Notes: generated by a model from the sequence alone, not told the origin. Positions 14,125-28,478 are shown, counted from the first letter of the stretch. The stretch is 64,000 nucleotides of DNA from Octopus vulgaris (GCA_951406725.2 OX597834.1:35340001-35404000), one strand, 5' to 3'. A program made the numbers and translations.

Positions 14125-17100
14125 TAGAATTATCAGGAGATATCACCTGATATTCTACACTAGCAATAGTATATTGTGATATTTCATAGATACATCACAG
14201 CCACAAGATACTGCACAACAGCCATATTAGTAAGTATATTATACAATTAGTAGAACTATCAGCACCTCATTCGATAATCCACCACAATTATAGTATACTC
14301 TAGTATATTATAGCAATATCACTGATATCTGATATTCCACAACAGTCATGGTGTATTTTAATATCTCACAGAAATATCACAGCATCTGATATTTGACAGC
14401 TGCTATAATTAGTACGTTCTGGTTTTCTATAGAAATAGCACTGTCATTCGATATACTTCTACAGACGTAGAAGAATATCTATATTGTTTATAGAGATATA
14501 ACTGCCTCTGGTATTTCACAGTGTCTATAATTAGTATGCCGTAGTATTTTATAGAAATATCACTACCACCTGATATTTCTTCAGCCTTAAGTACACCTCT
14601 ACCATCTCTCTCTCTGTCGCTCCTTCATCTTGCACATCACTCCCCTCTGGTTTATGATCTCCCCCCTTCTTCCTGAGTTACTTCATACTGATGTTTCCCA
14701 CCAGCTGCAACCCAAGCCTTGCTCATCATTCACCCTTACATCTCTAGCCATGTTATTCTCCCCTCGCTCCATTCACCTCTACCCCAATCCTTAGTCATTT
14801 GTTACTCTTCCCTCGCATTCTTATGAAACTAACCTACCTCTTTGTCTTCCCCCCTGATCCACAGACCATATCCCCCACTTATGCTCACCTTCTTGCACCT
14901 TGAGAGTTTGCTCTGGCACCCAATCATAACCATCTTCATTTCCTTCCCAGCTACTAGTACTCACCCTCATATATAATGTGGAATATCCACGTATCTCCTC
15001 TGTAACAACACACCTGAGCTTGTCCCTCTGTCAGTTGCTCTCTCAATACCTATTTCTTTACTACCCACAAGAGGCTAAACACAGAGGGGACAAACAAGGA
15101 CAGACATAGGTATTAAGTCGATTACATCGACCCCAGTGCGTAACTGGTACTTAATTTATCGACCCCGAAAGGATGAAAGGCAAAGTCAACCTCGGCGGAA
15201 TTTGAACTCACAACGTAACGCAGACAAAATACCTATTTCTTTATTACCCACAGGGGGCTAAACACAGAGGGGACAAACAAGGACAGACATAGGTATTAAG
15301 TCAATTACATCGACCCCAGTGCGTAACTGGTACTTAATTTATCGACCCCCGAAAGGATGAAAGGCAAAGTCGACCTCGGCGGAATTTGAACTCACAACGT
15401 AACGCAGACGAAATACCGCTAAGCATTTTGCCTGGCGTGCTAACGTTTCTGCCAGCTCGCCGCCTTGCTCTCTCGACACCTGCCATAAAGTCACCTCCCC
15501 CTCCTTAATACTCTCTCCCTCTACTTAGTTGTGGGGGGGAAGGAGGGACGGAGGGCTTCTTGCCTTTCCTGATCTTTTTCTGTCTTGTGGCATACTTGGA
15601 GATCTCGCTAGTATTGGTGACACGAGAAAGAGAACTCGTTATGCTCTTAAGGCGATTGGCATAACGAAGGGCATCCAGCTGTGGAAACCATGCAAAAGCT
15701 GATTCTGGAGCTCGGCACAGCCCTCCAGCTTGCGCGATCCTATTAAAACTATCCAATCCATACCTGCATGAAAAACAGAAGTTAAATGATGATTTAAGTG
15801 ACGATGATTAAAAAAAGGATAAAGACCCCCTTCAGTCATGAATGACCATGGGATTGCACCTAGAAAGTTACCTTCTGAGGCACAAGTCTGGGCAAGAACA
15901 TCAGTTACCCATCCATACCATTGATGTTATCCAAGGGAAAGGCAAAGGGGCCGATACAGCTTGGCACCAATGATGTTGCAACTCATTTCTAGAGCTGAGC
16001 GAACTGGAGCGACATGAAAATAAAGTGTCTTGCTCAAGAACACAACACACAGCCTGGTCCGGGGATCGAACTCACAACCACACGACCGTAAGCTCGACGC
16101 TCTAACCACTAAATCGTGTGGCTTAATATCTTATTTCAACCAATATTACTCCAGTAGTCATGTCGTCTTAATAAGATACTATAATATCAATATTTCATTC
16201 CAACAGATATTTCACTAGCACGCATGGTATAATTGTAGCTTAATATAATAATTATCATATGATACGTATCATCCTAATGGAAGTATCACAGTCATTCAAT
16301 ATTCCTCTACAGATATAGTATACTGTAATATTCTATAGAAATATCACTACTACCTGATATTTCTTTGCAGGTATAGTATATTGCAGTATCTTATAGAAAT
16401 ATCACCATCTGATATTTCTCCATAGCTGTGGTTATATTGATGTATCTTAAATAATAAGGCACAATAAAACTAGTGTCTTATTCAGACTAGTATTTCACCA
16501 CCAGCCTTGGTATAATTGTAGCATATTACAAAAATTATCATACGAGAGGTATCATATTGATTTCAAATTTTGGCACAAGGCCAACAATTTTGGGGGCAGG
16601 GTTGAGTCGATTAAATAGACCCCAGTTCTCAACTGGTACTTATTTTATCAACCCTGGAAGGATGAAAGACAAAGCTGATCTCGGAAGAATCTGAACATAG
16701 AACATAAAAACGGATGAACCTCAGTGCTTATTTTTCATAAGCCTGGTACATATTCTTTTGATCTCATTTGCCGAACCACTAAGTTACAAGGACATAAACA
16801 CGCCAACACCAATTGTTGAGCGATATTGAGGGACAAACACAAACACATACAGACAGGCAGACACAGACACACACACACAAATATCTACGATGGGCTTTTT
16901 TTAAGTTTCCATCTACCAAGGTGCCATGCAGTGGGATCTGAACCCAGAACCACGTGGTTGGGAAGCAAGCTTCTTACCATAGAGTCATGCCTGCACCTTT
17001 AAATAAAAAATATCACTGCTACATGATATTCTTTCACAGAATGATGTAGTATCTTAAAGAAATATCACTACCATCTGATATTTCACCAACGCTGTAGTAC

Positions 17101-17230
17101 ATCATTGTATCTATAATACTAATATCTTATTCGAAGCGATATTTCACCAGCAGTCATGGCATAATGGCAGAAGATTATAAAAATTATCCGACGATAGGTA
17201 TCATCTAATATTTCATCTTCAACTAATTTA
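14125..17230. repeat. Old degenerate ~60-bp tandem array, split into blocks 14125-14600, 16130-16560 and 17005-17230
   Basis: Recurrent agaaatatcac..c(a/c)tgatattt..cagc..tagtatattgtagtat in all three blocks. Confidence 0.7.
15050..15465 (-). mobile_element. SINE family B with internal ~183-bp tandem duplication and TSD
   Basis: Core and tail occur twice; flanked by ttgctctctc(a/g)a(t/c)acct. A similar multimer lies at 19470-19890 (+). Confidence 0.8.
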
Positions 17231-17272
17231 TTGACAGCGGTTAAAAAAAACAAGTGTATATACGTATGTATG

Positions 17273-17315
<43 letters not shown>

Positions 17316-17409
17316 ATATATATATCTTGTTTATTGAGAAACAACAAACTGACATGAATGTCTAATGTGATATTTATTGACTCTAAGCATAATTACTTTC
17401 TTAGCAGTG

Positions 17410-18092
17410 TAGATGTGTGGTCTGATCAATAAGTATCCGGACTGTTGCCATAGTAACGAAGCTAAAGCATGCAGAGTGAAGTCGCTTGGCACAGATTGAC
17501 CTTGAACTCTGCTGTGCATGCACACTGAGTTTTAACGGTCTAGCTCACTTCCACTGTTTACAGCAGTGCTTGGAAGGAACATGTGTAGCGTGTGATCGTT
17601 GCATTGACCATGATAGGCCAAGTTGAGCACAGAACCTGCATCAAATTTTGCCAAAGTCTTGGCGATATCTGCTCAGAGGCCTATGCAGATTTTCAAAATG
17701 TTTTCATCATTTTCAACACAATCAAAGAGATCTTGTGCAACTGAAACCCAAGAGTCTTTTTGGTCAGCTGAAAGCAGTTTTGGCACAAACTTAGCAGACA
17801 TGCGTCTCATACCCAAATATTCAGTGATAATGGACTGAACTGAACCGTAACTAATCTGTACATCTTCTGATAACTCACAGGTGGTGATTCAATGATTTCC
17901 CCTCACAGCTGCATGCACATCTGCAATGTTTTCCTCAGTTCTGCTGGTTGTGGGTCTCCCAGCACATTCGTCAATATCGACATTTTCCCATCCATCTTAG
18001 AAACGTCTGAACCACTCGTACACTTGTGTGTGGCTCATATATTCCTCTCCATACACTTTCTGCAACATTGTGTAGGCCTCTGAGCAGGTATC
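17410..18092. mobile_element. Rearranged mariner transposase remnant (internal inversion)
   Basis: + strand 5' end encodes EHRTCIKFCQSLG; - strand encodes EAYTMLQKVYGEE..VYEWFRRF and LGMRRMSAKFVPKLLS, which are mariner HTH/linker motifs. Confidence 0.8.
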
Positions 18093-18094
18093 AC

Positions 18095-18572
18095 CACGAC
18101 AACTTTCTCTGTCATGGTCAATGCACTACCTACCCGATAAGAAACCCAAACACTTCTGTGTTCCTGGTGATGGACTTGGTTGGCTTGGAGGGATTGTTGT
18201 CAATCATGGCCTGGATCTCACGAACAAATTCAGGAGTTCTTTTCTTGTTAAAATGACCAGAGTGAGTTTCCCAAGCTGCCATACCTTTGTAATCACCATT
18301 AGACTCATCCACCCCTTTCTGAATTCTTTGCACTGTCCTCAGAATGACACCCAAACACCCTGAAATGTTCGTATTGTAGCTTCTGGTGTGAATGCCAAGC
18401 AGCACAACATGTCATTTCCAAATTTCTGGCAGAGTAAATTGCGTCATGGTGATGGTTTTCTCACAATCGGTGCCCAACTGACCCTACTATACTGTGTAGT
18501 TGACAAAATCAAAAACAAACAATGCACAGGCTCGAAATAGAAATGGCAACAATTTACTCATCACACCCTGTA
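18095..18572 (-). mobile_element. 5' fragment of the same DD37D element family
   Basis: Reverse complement matches 51100-51540 (TIR caatttactcatcacaccctg; EIQAMIDN). Confidence 0.85.
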
Positions 18573-19889
18573 TACACACACACACACATACACGCATGCA
18601 CACACATAGAAGGTAGGTTCCTTTCAGTTTCCATCTACCAAATTCACTCACAAGGCTTTGGTTGCCCCTGGGCTACAGTAGAAGACATTTCTCCAAGGTG
18701 CCGTGTTGTGGGACTGAACCTGAAACCATGTGGTTTGGAAGCAACCTTCTTAACACACAGCCATACCTGCACCAAAGTACCCAGCTGATTAGTACCTAAG
18801 CGAAACACGCACACCAAGAATGGGGTGTCTTGACAACAAATATAATTCCAATACACCAGAAAGTGATTGAACTTGTAACTATGTGATCGATTGTGTATCA
18901 CCTTTGCCAAACATCCACTGTACCGATAACTGATCAAAGTGCATTGTTATTGATCGATTAAAACGTGATTTAAATCTGTGACGAGCAGCAGGGATCTTAT
19001 TTGATGGAATCAATAAATCCAAATTCTTGGTGAGATAATCACTACATCTTCCTCTGTTTCTCACTCTTTCTTGTTGCATTCCTTATCTTTGGGTAAATCA
19101 TTAACTAAATTACTGGCACTTCGTCAATTATAACGATGAGTGTTCTAGTCGATCTGATCAAAGGAACAACCGACTCGTGAAATTAATGATCAAGTAGCTG
19201 AGCGCTCCACAGATGCATGTGCCCTCAATGTAGTTCTCAAGGAGATTCAGTGTGACACAGAATGCAAAAAAGCTGGCCCCTTGAATTTAAAGTACAACTC
19301 ATTTTTGTCAGCTAAGTGGACAGGAGCAGTGTGAAAGGAAGTGTCTTGCTCAAGAACACAAAGTGCTGATGGGAATGGGACTAACAACCTTACAGTTGTG
19401 AGCTGAATATTCTAACCACTGAAAGAGCAATGGTGAGATAAATGTGTGGGGGTAAAGCAGTTTGATAAGAGGAGGTGGTGAGCTGGCAGAATCGTTAGCA
19501 CGCCGGGCGAAATGCTTAGCGGTATTTCATCTGCCATTACATTCTGAGTTCAAATTCCACTGAGGTCAACTTTGCCTTTCATCCTTTAGGGGTCGATAAA
19601 TTAAGTACCAGTTACACACTGGGGTCAATGTGATCGACTTAATACCTTTGTCTGTCTTTGTTTGTCCTCTCTGTGTTTAGCCCCTTGTGAGTAGTAAAGA
19701 AATAGGTATTTTGTCTGCTGTTACATTCTGAGTTCAAATTCCACCGAGGTCAACTTTGCCTTTCATCTTTTTGGGGTCGATAAATTAAGTACCAGTTACG
19801 TACTGGGGTCGATGTAATCGACTTAATCCCTTTGTCTGTCCTTGTTTGTCCCCTCTATGTTTAGCCCCTTGTGGGCAACAAAGAAATAA

Positions 19890-20240
19890 GAGGAGGACTG
19901 GGGATTTGATGGGAATGCTGAGGTTGGAAGAATCGTTGGAATGGTTGGCAAGGGTGAATGGAGTGAGGTGGTATGGGTATGTGTTGAGGAGGGATGAAGG
20001 GCAGGTTCTGAGGAGGGTGATTGCATTTGAGGTAAACAGAGCACAAAAGCGAGATAGATTGAGGAAAAGGTGGAGGAGGAGATTGGGAGGGTTGGTTTGA
20101 AAAAGGAAGATGCCCAAAACCAAGCAAGATGGCAAAATGCTGTGAGGGCAGTTGCTATGGCATTGAGGTAGATTCGGCCACCCCCATTAAAGGGGATAAA
20201 ACCTGAATTTAAAACATTGGATGATGATGATGATGATGAG
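19890..20240 (+). mobile_element. RTE LINE 3' end
   Basis: VRWYGYVLRRDEGQVLRR..RLRKRW (RTE C-terminus) followed by a (GAT)n tail. Confidence 0.75.
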
Positions 20241-21231
20241 CTGCCTAAGAATAAGTACACAATTCAATAGATAAACAAATAAATAAATAAAACAACTGAA
20301 ACAAATAAACGAATAAAAGAATATATATATATACACAACTTATAAATAAGGGCTAAAGAAAATTATTTCAATGCCAATATGCTGATAACAGACTTTTAAA
20401 TCGTCAATTTCCACATATTTACTCGCTACAGAGAAAAACACGAAGAACTGAAATCAGGGAAAGCCGGCCGAGTATGTGGTGGGGCACATACCCTAGTGGT
20501 TTGAGTATTGCACTCACAATCCCCAGAGTGTTCGATGCAGTGTGTGTTCTTGGGAAAAACACTTACTTTCACTTTGTTCTGCAATCACTTCAACATTTGA
20601 TGGGTGGCACAGTGTGCCACTATTCAGGTAATGTCGATTTAATCGAGGGAGAGAGAGCTACTGTACAGCACAAAAATTTGATCATCAAAGACCCCCTCTG
20701 AGGCACAAGTCAGGGAAGGTCATTTAATGGACGACCAGCAGTTACCCATGCATACCAGCCTCCCTTCTCCAAGGGAATGGCACGGCGAAGGGGCCAATAC
20801 AGCTTGGCACCAGTGATGTTACAACTCATTTCTATGGGTGAGTGAAGTGGAGTAACGTGAAATAAAATGTCTTGCTCAAGAACACATCACACAGCCTGGC
20901 CCAGGAATCGAACTCACTACCACATGATTGTGGGTCCAACGCTCTAACCACTGAGCCATTTGATCATTATAAACGAGAAATTGCAGAACCCTTAGTTGTC
21001 GTCTACAACAAAAAGTTCACAATATGTGTGTGTGTGTGTGAGTGTGTGTGTGAGTGTGTGTGTGTGTGTGTGTGCGTGCATGTATGTACACAAACACATA
21101 CACACACAGATGAACACATATTTGTCTTTGTGTAGCTATTTGTGAGTTTATTTTCCTACATTTAGATCATTATGTTTTGTATGTGTACATATATATATGT
21201 ATACTTTCATACACATACAAACTCATTTATA

Positions 21232-21266
<35 letters not shown>

Positions 21267-21300
21267 GTATATATGTATATGTATATTTAAGTGTGTGTGT

Positions 21301-21346
<46 letters not shown>

Positions 21347-22615
21347 ATATGTATGTATGTATGTATGTGTATATATATATATATATATACACACACAAAT
21401 GTGTATATAAATGTATATATGTTTGTGTATATCTAAATTTATCTATATATATTCAGGTGTATGTGTATGTGTCTATATAAATGTGTGTGTCTGCATGTGC
21501 GTGTGTATCTACACTTATGTACATACCTTCACGTTAGTGCGTGTATGTGTATGCGCTTGCATGACCGACCGTATGTACGTGCAGATATATACAAACAAGT
21601 ATGTACTTAATACTTTTTCACTATGGCACATGGTTCTTCCGACTTTATTTTAAGACACATTAATCATTCTGAGGACTCTTGACATTTAAACCACCTCTCC
21701 CTTGACTGACCACAACAGTCTGTGCCACCCCAACCTTTCCATGGCTTCCTCTTTCTAATAATACTCATCTGGCTTATCTTCTTTACTTTTCTACCTCTAT
21801 CTGTCCCTCACTACCAGATTTCTTTCTCTCACTCTCCTTTTTTGTTCTATCATTGATTCCCTAGCATAGAGTTTCCAAACCTATTTTCCCACAGGACCCA
21901 CCATAACTTACCTCCCCCAGAAATATATGCCCCACAAAGGGTTGGAAAAAAAACGACTTCATTTTTCAAGCTGGCAGAATCGGTAGAACACCAGGCACAA
22001 TGCTTAGCAGCATTTCATCTGTCTTTAAATTCTGAGTTCAAATTTCACCGAGGTCGACCTTGCCTTTCATCCTTATGGGTTCAATAAAATAAGTACCAGT
22101 TGAACATTGGGGTCGATGTAATCGACTTAAGCCCCTTCCCCCAAAATTTCTGGCCTTGTGCCAAAGTTTGAAATCAATATTTTATCACAATTATTTAATA
22201 CGAAAGAATCTACTGGTAATGGAGTCCCCAAAATTAATACATTATTGTCTGTGGAGTACTCAGCCACTTGCACGTTAATTTCATTAGCAGGCTGTTCCAC
22301 TGATTGGATCAATGGAGTGCGCAACTTCTGGGACACCCTGTATATATATATATATATATATATATAGTCTTGGGATCTATTTGTTCTACTAAAGGTGGTG
22401 CTCCAGCATGGCCACCATCAAATGACTGAAACAAATAAAAGCATAAAAGAATATGCATGTGTTGAGTGGTGGCGTTTTATTTGAATGTGTTTCTCCCCAT
22501 TTGCCTTCATACATGATACTACATGAAATACAAAAATGGAAGAAAAAACAGTGTCTCTATATTTATGTCCCATTTCTAAGCAGTGCAATAAATATGTGTT
22601 GCTAAGATGAGACCT

Positions 22616-22925
22616 GTGGAGGCACATAGCCTAGTGGTTAGAGTAGCGGACTCACAGTCGAGGGATCGCGGGTTCGAATCTCAGACCGGGCGATGTGTGT
22701 TTATGAGCGAAACACTTAAGCTCCACGCGGATCCGGCAGAAGGTAATGGCAAACTTCTGCTGACTCTTTCACCACAACTTTCTTTCACTCTTTACTTCTG
22801 CATTTAGCAAACTCACCTGCGACGGACCAGCATCCCGTCCAGGTGAGGAACCTATATGCCAATGAAACCGAGAAACTGGTCCTTATAAAGCCAGGCATGG
22901 CTTGAGAAGGAACAAACAGCAACAA
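22616..22925 (+). mobile_element. tRNA-derived SINE family D
   Basis: A-box tagcctagtggtta, B-box ggttcgaatct, then a non-tRNA body and an AAC-rich tail. Confidence 0.65.
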
Positions 22926-25516
22926 AAGATGAGTCCCAGGGTCACAATAAATAATTGTAAAAAAAAAATCCTTTGTGGGTAGGTGGTGCCCTAGTATGGC
23001 CATAAGTCTAATGACCGAAACAAGGAAAGTGTAAAAGACTAATTAGTTTTATAATAACAGATGGATGAAGGAATGCCAGGTCCTCCAAGAGGAAGGGAAC
23101 TATAAAAGAGGAAGACCAAGTTAGACATAGACAGAAGTAGGGAAAGCTGGGTGTTGAACCTCAGGCAAAATGACAAAAATAGAAAATAAAAAAAAACTTT
23201 CAAAATTTGACACAAGGCCAGCAATTTGCAAGGAGGGGATAAGTTGATTTCATCAATGCCAGTGATTGAATGGTACTCATTCTATCATCCCACCCCCACC
23301 CCCACCCCCACCCCCACCCCCCTCAGGAGGGTGAAAGGCAAAAATCGACCTTGGAGGAATTTGAGCTCAGAATGTAAAGACAGGTGAAATGTTGCTAAGC
23401 ATTTTGTCCGGTGTGCTAACGATTCTGCCAACTCGCAGGACGAGATGCTTTGTTTGGAAAGAACTAGTCCAACCCATGCAAGCATGGAAAAGTGGAATGC
23501 AAAAATGATGAGCATGATGATGATGATGATGATGAAGATGATGAAGATGGTGATGATGATGGGGATGATAATGATGATGGTGGTGGTAATGATGATAGTG
23601 ATGGGTGATGGGTGGTGGTGATGGTGATGATAATGAAAGTGATGAAGATTAAGATGGCGATGATGATGATGATGATGATGTTGATGGTGATGATGATGGC
23701 AATGATAATGATGAGGGTGGTGGTAATGATGATAGTGATGGGTGATGGATGGTGGTGATGGTGATGATAATGAAAGTGATGAAGATTAAGATGGCGACGA
23801 TGATGATGATGATGATAATGACAGTGATGATGATGATGATGATGATGATGCTACAGCCGCTGATGATAATAAATATGCAATCATATGATAAGATAACTGA
23901 GTAAATGAAAAAAAAAATTAACCAGCTAAATGGTGCTCCAGCATGACCGAATTACCACCAGCAATTTTACGCGTAATGTTGACTGTCTTCAGTTGATGTT
24001 ATTTGAAGAAAGGAAAGCTACATCTACCGTTTCTGGTTGTTTAGTGGAAACGTTGGTTTTTACCAAGGCAAACATATTGGCTGATTCTATCTCACGTCCC
24101 TTGCTAAAACACACACACACACACAGGCACACACACACACACACATACACACTTACACACACGCATGCAAATACTCAGGCACACGCACATGCATACAAAC
24201 AAATGCATATACATATGCATGCACATGCATACAAACACACACATTCATGCATACACGCACACACACAAGTGGGGTGTGCAAAAGGTACACACATGCTAGT
24301 GCATGCACACATGTGCACACACACACACACACGTGCACACACACACACACACATGCAAATACACACACACAAACCCCATACGCAAACACCCCAACACCGC
24401 TATACACACACGTGTACACATCCACACACACAAACCCACACGTGCATGCATATTCCCCCACCCCCACCACTCACATGTATACACCAACACCTCACATACA
24501 CACAAACTACCGCCGCCACCACCACCACTATCCACCACCACCACCACCACCACCATCCACCTCCGCCACCGCCACCACCACCACCACCACCACCACCATT
24601 CACCACCACCACCACCACCACCACCACCCACCATCCACCACCATCCACCACCACCACCACCATTCACCACCACCACTCACCATCAACATCCACCATCCAC
24701 CATCCACCATCCACACGTGCACCAGAAACCGAAGAATTTCTTCTGAAAACAAGAGAGTGGAAAAGGAGACAGGAAAGGATGAAGGGATGGAGGTGGAGAG
24801 AGGAGTGGAAGGAGAAGGTGAGGGCGTGCAGTGGTAGTGGTGGAGGAGGAGGAGTGAGGGGGGGGGCACGAAATCAATAAACAGTTTTATTGATTGATTG
24901 ATGGCATTTATTGACTTTCAAATCAATGCTGCGTGTAATTTCGAAAACAAAGCCACCAACTGAAGCGGACAGATTTACCTCTTAGAAGTGGATTGATAAT
25001 GGGTGGGTGGGTGGATGGATGGATGGTGGGGGGCGGGCAAACACGAAGGTGTGTGTGTGTGTGTGAACTACTGTCTTCTGTTGCGATATATGGAGCATTG
25101 ACCTGAGATTCTCACATGTTATCTTTTCACTTGTTTCAGCCACCGGATTGCGACCATACTGGAGCAAGTTCACATGACGGACTCCAGTACAGTCTTTTAT
25201 TTTGATATATGAAGTATTGACCTGAGATCCTCGCATGTTATCTTTTGTTTGTTTCAGCCACCGGATTGCGACCATACTGGAGCATTTATTTCAAGGGGTT
25301 TTTAGTCAAACAAATCGACTCCATTGTTTGTTATTTTTCTTTTCTTTCTCCTTTATTTTCTTAAAATCTTGTTTTCATTCTATTGGCCTAGGTCTTGCTG
25401 AAACTGCTAATTTATGAGGATGTAAACAAACTAACACCAGTTCTATATTTAAGAAATGAGGAATTATGCACAATATTTACATTTGACGGATATTTGTCCT
25501 CGTCTTGTTTGTTGTT

Positions 25517-25562
25517 AACACAATGTTTCGGCTGATATACCCTCCAGCCTTCATCAGGTGTT
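25517..25562 (-). ncRNA. Minimal type-I hammerhead ribozyme motif in a Penelope-like terminal repeat
   Basis: - strand AACAC-CTGATGA-A-GGCTG-loop-CAGCC-GAAA-CATT-GTGTT: intact CUGAUGA/GAAA core with 5-bp stems I and II. Confidence 0.65.
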
Positions 25563-25584
25563 TTGGGGAAATTTCAAATCTGGC

Positions 25585-26340
25585 TTTGGTCTAATTCTCA
25601 TATTTTATTCGCTGTATCTAGTGTGATGTTGCTACTCTTAACTAGTTTTCCTCTTTTCAAGGTTGCTTTGGCACATTCTTCTAAGCCAAATTTTATGTTT
25701 ATTAAATCCACGTACCGTCTGTAGTAATATTCCCAGCTGTTTATCATCTGTAGCGTACAGTTTTAGATCATCCATATATAAGAGGCGGCTGATTGTCTTG
25801 TATCCAGATCCAGTTCTTTTTAGCATGTCAGATAAGGGTGTCAGTGCCAAGGAGAAAAGGAGTGGAGAGAGTGTGCCTCCCTGGATTACTCCACTTCTAA
25901 TAGCAATGGCTTTGATTTTTTTATGATTCCTTCTTTTGTCTGGAGCTGTAGAACTGTCTGCCATTTATTCATGGAACGTTTTATATGTTTTATGATTATT
26001 AGTGCTACCTTGTTCATGGCTAGTGCTTCTAGGATCCATGTGTGATGAATACTATCAAAAGCCTTTTGGTAATCAATCTAGGCCATACTTAGACCCTCCT
26101 TCTTTCTGTGGCTGTCTTCAGTTATGGCTTTATTGATCAGTAGCTGTATGAGGACCTGAAAGATTTTGATACTGAAAACAGAGCTCAATGCGAAAAACAA
26201 GATGATAGGTATCAACACTCTAGCCGTCCCCATTATAAGTTACAGCTACAATATTCTTAACTGGACTCTAAATGAGCTAATCGAAATAGACAGGAAAACA
26301 GGAAAAATAATGACAGGATTTAGGATGCACCAGCCAAAAA
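25585..26340. mobile_element. R4/Dong-like non-LTR retrotransposon RT fragment with 5' inversion
   Basis: - strand YQKAFDSI..W, QGGTLSPLLF and LLYMDDLKLYA; adjoining + strand ILKTELNAKNKMIGINTLAVPIISYS..IDRKT, the segment that follows RT in this clade. Confidence 0.8.
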
Positions 26341-28413
26341 TTTTTGGGCTTTGTGCCTAGAGTAGGAAAAAAAAGTATCAGTTGAGTACTGGGGTCAGCG
26401 TAATTCACTAACCCCCTCCCCCAAATTTCAGGCCTTGCGCCAATATTAGAAAGGATTATTTATATTTTATCCAACATGACAAGCTGACAGAGTTGTTAGC
26501 ACACTAGATGAAATGCTTAGTGGTAGGTATTTCATCTGTCTTTATGTTCTGAGTTCAAATTCCGCTGAGGTTGACTTTGCCTTTCATCTTTTTTGAGGTT
26601 GATAAAATAAGTACCAGTTGAGCTCTGGGGCTGATTTTTATCAACAGTGGAGCTGATTTAATTCCTCTCCCCAAATTTCTGTATTTGTGCAAAAATTCAA
26701 AACCATTATTTACAACTTCTCTGCTTTGAAATCTATTAAAAACACACTATGGGCTTCTTTCAATGTCCATCTACCAAATCTGTCTGAAGAATTTGGTTGA
26801 CCCATGGCTATAATAGAAGACACTTGCTCAGAATACCACACAGTGGGACTGAACCCCAAACCATGTGGTTGGGAAGCAAACTTCTTAATCACACAGCCAC
26901 ACATGTGCCCATTATACATGTGGGTGGGTGTGCAAGTTGGTGGGTAGGCTATGCCCCCATGGCAGCAGGGTGGAGTAGATGATGATAGGAGAATATAAGA
27001 TGTGAAGAGAGAAAAATGTACTGCACACCTGCCCAACCAATGATATAATGGTATTATGTTATCATGATATTATTGGTTGGATACATCATAGATAACGATA
27101 GTATAATAAACATAAAGATATTATAGATGATGATGATGATGATGATGATGATGGTCTTGGCGGCAGCGGTGACGATGAGATAAAGATAATGGTAATGGTG
27201 GTGATGATGATGATCATCATCATAATCATGATGGAGATGATATGATGATGGTGATTATGATGAAGATGACAACGATGGTGGTCACGGTGATGTGATGGTG
27301 GCAATGATGAGATGAAGTGGTGGTGGTGGTGATAATGATGGTGATTATGATGATGATGACGATGATGATGATGATGGTGGTCTTGGTGGCGATGATGAGA
27401 TGATGAGATGAAGTAGTGGTGGTGGTGGTGATGATGATGGTAATCATGATAATGACAACGATGATGATGGTGGCCTTGGTGGTGGTGGTGATGATGAGAT
27501 GAAGTAGTGGTGGTGGTGGTGATGATGGTGATCATGATGATGATGATGACAACGATGATGATGGTGGCGATGATGAGATGAAGTAGTGGTAGTGGTGATG
27601 ATGACGTTGATTATGATGATGACGATGATGATATGATGTTGATGACTATGATAGTTATAATGATTATGATGAAGATAATGATGATGAGGAAGAGGAGGTG
27701 GAGGAAGAGGAGGTGGTGCTGGTGGTGGTCAAATTGAAGATGACTATGAGGTTATGTTGATGATGTTGAAGATGAATGTGATGATGGTTACGTTGATGTT
27801 GATGATGATGGTTATGCTGATGATAATGGCAGTACAACAATAACAACAACAACAACAACAACAACAATAATAAGTATCGTAATATTTGGGTTTTATTGGA
27901 AGCACATTTAATTGGATTACAATAATAAAGGACAATGAACACACAAACGTAGACACAAATACACATACACACACTCACACACACAGAGGCACTCATAAAC
28001 ATGAGTAGGTACATCTATATACACATACACACACACAACAATTCATACACATAATTACATACACACACACACAGAGGCACTTACAAACACAAGCACACAC
28101 ATACACACACACACACAAGTGCACATACACATACACACAAAGGCACTTACAAAATCAAAGACACACACACATATACACATACACACACACAATTCATACA
28201 CATAATTGCACACACACACACAGGCACTTACAAACACAAACACACGCAACTACACACACAGACATGCATATACACTCACGCACAACTACACACACACACA
28301 AATACAAGCACACAACTACACACACACACATACACACACACACACAACCACTAAGTTGGCATGGCGAAACTAAATCACGCTCTACTCTTCATCTAGACAG
28401 AAGCAAACAAAAA

Positions 28414-28478
<65 letters not shown>

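Noticed and set aside
22620-22690. Possible tRNA gene
   Set aside because: Has A/B boxes but no complete acceptor stem, and continues into a SINE body; the same applies to the other SINE heads
23930-24880. Longest ORF (316 aa, His/Thr/Pro-rich)
   Set aside because: Translation of (CA)n and (CCA)n microsatellites; no domain and no credible splice context
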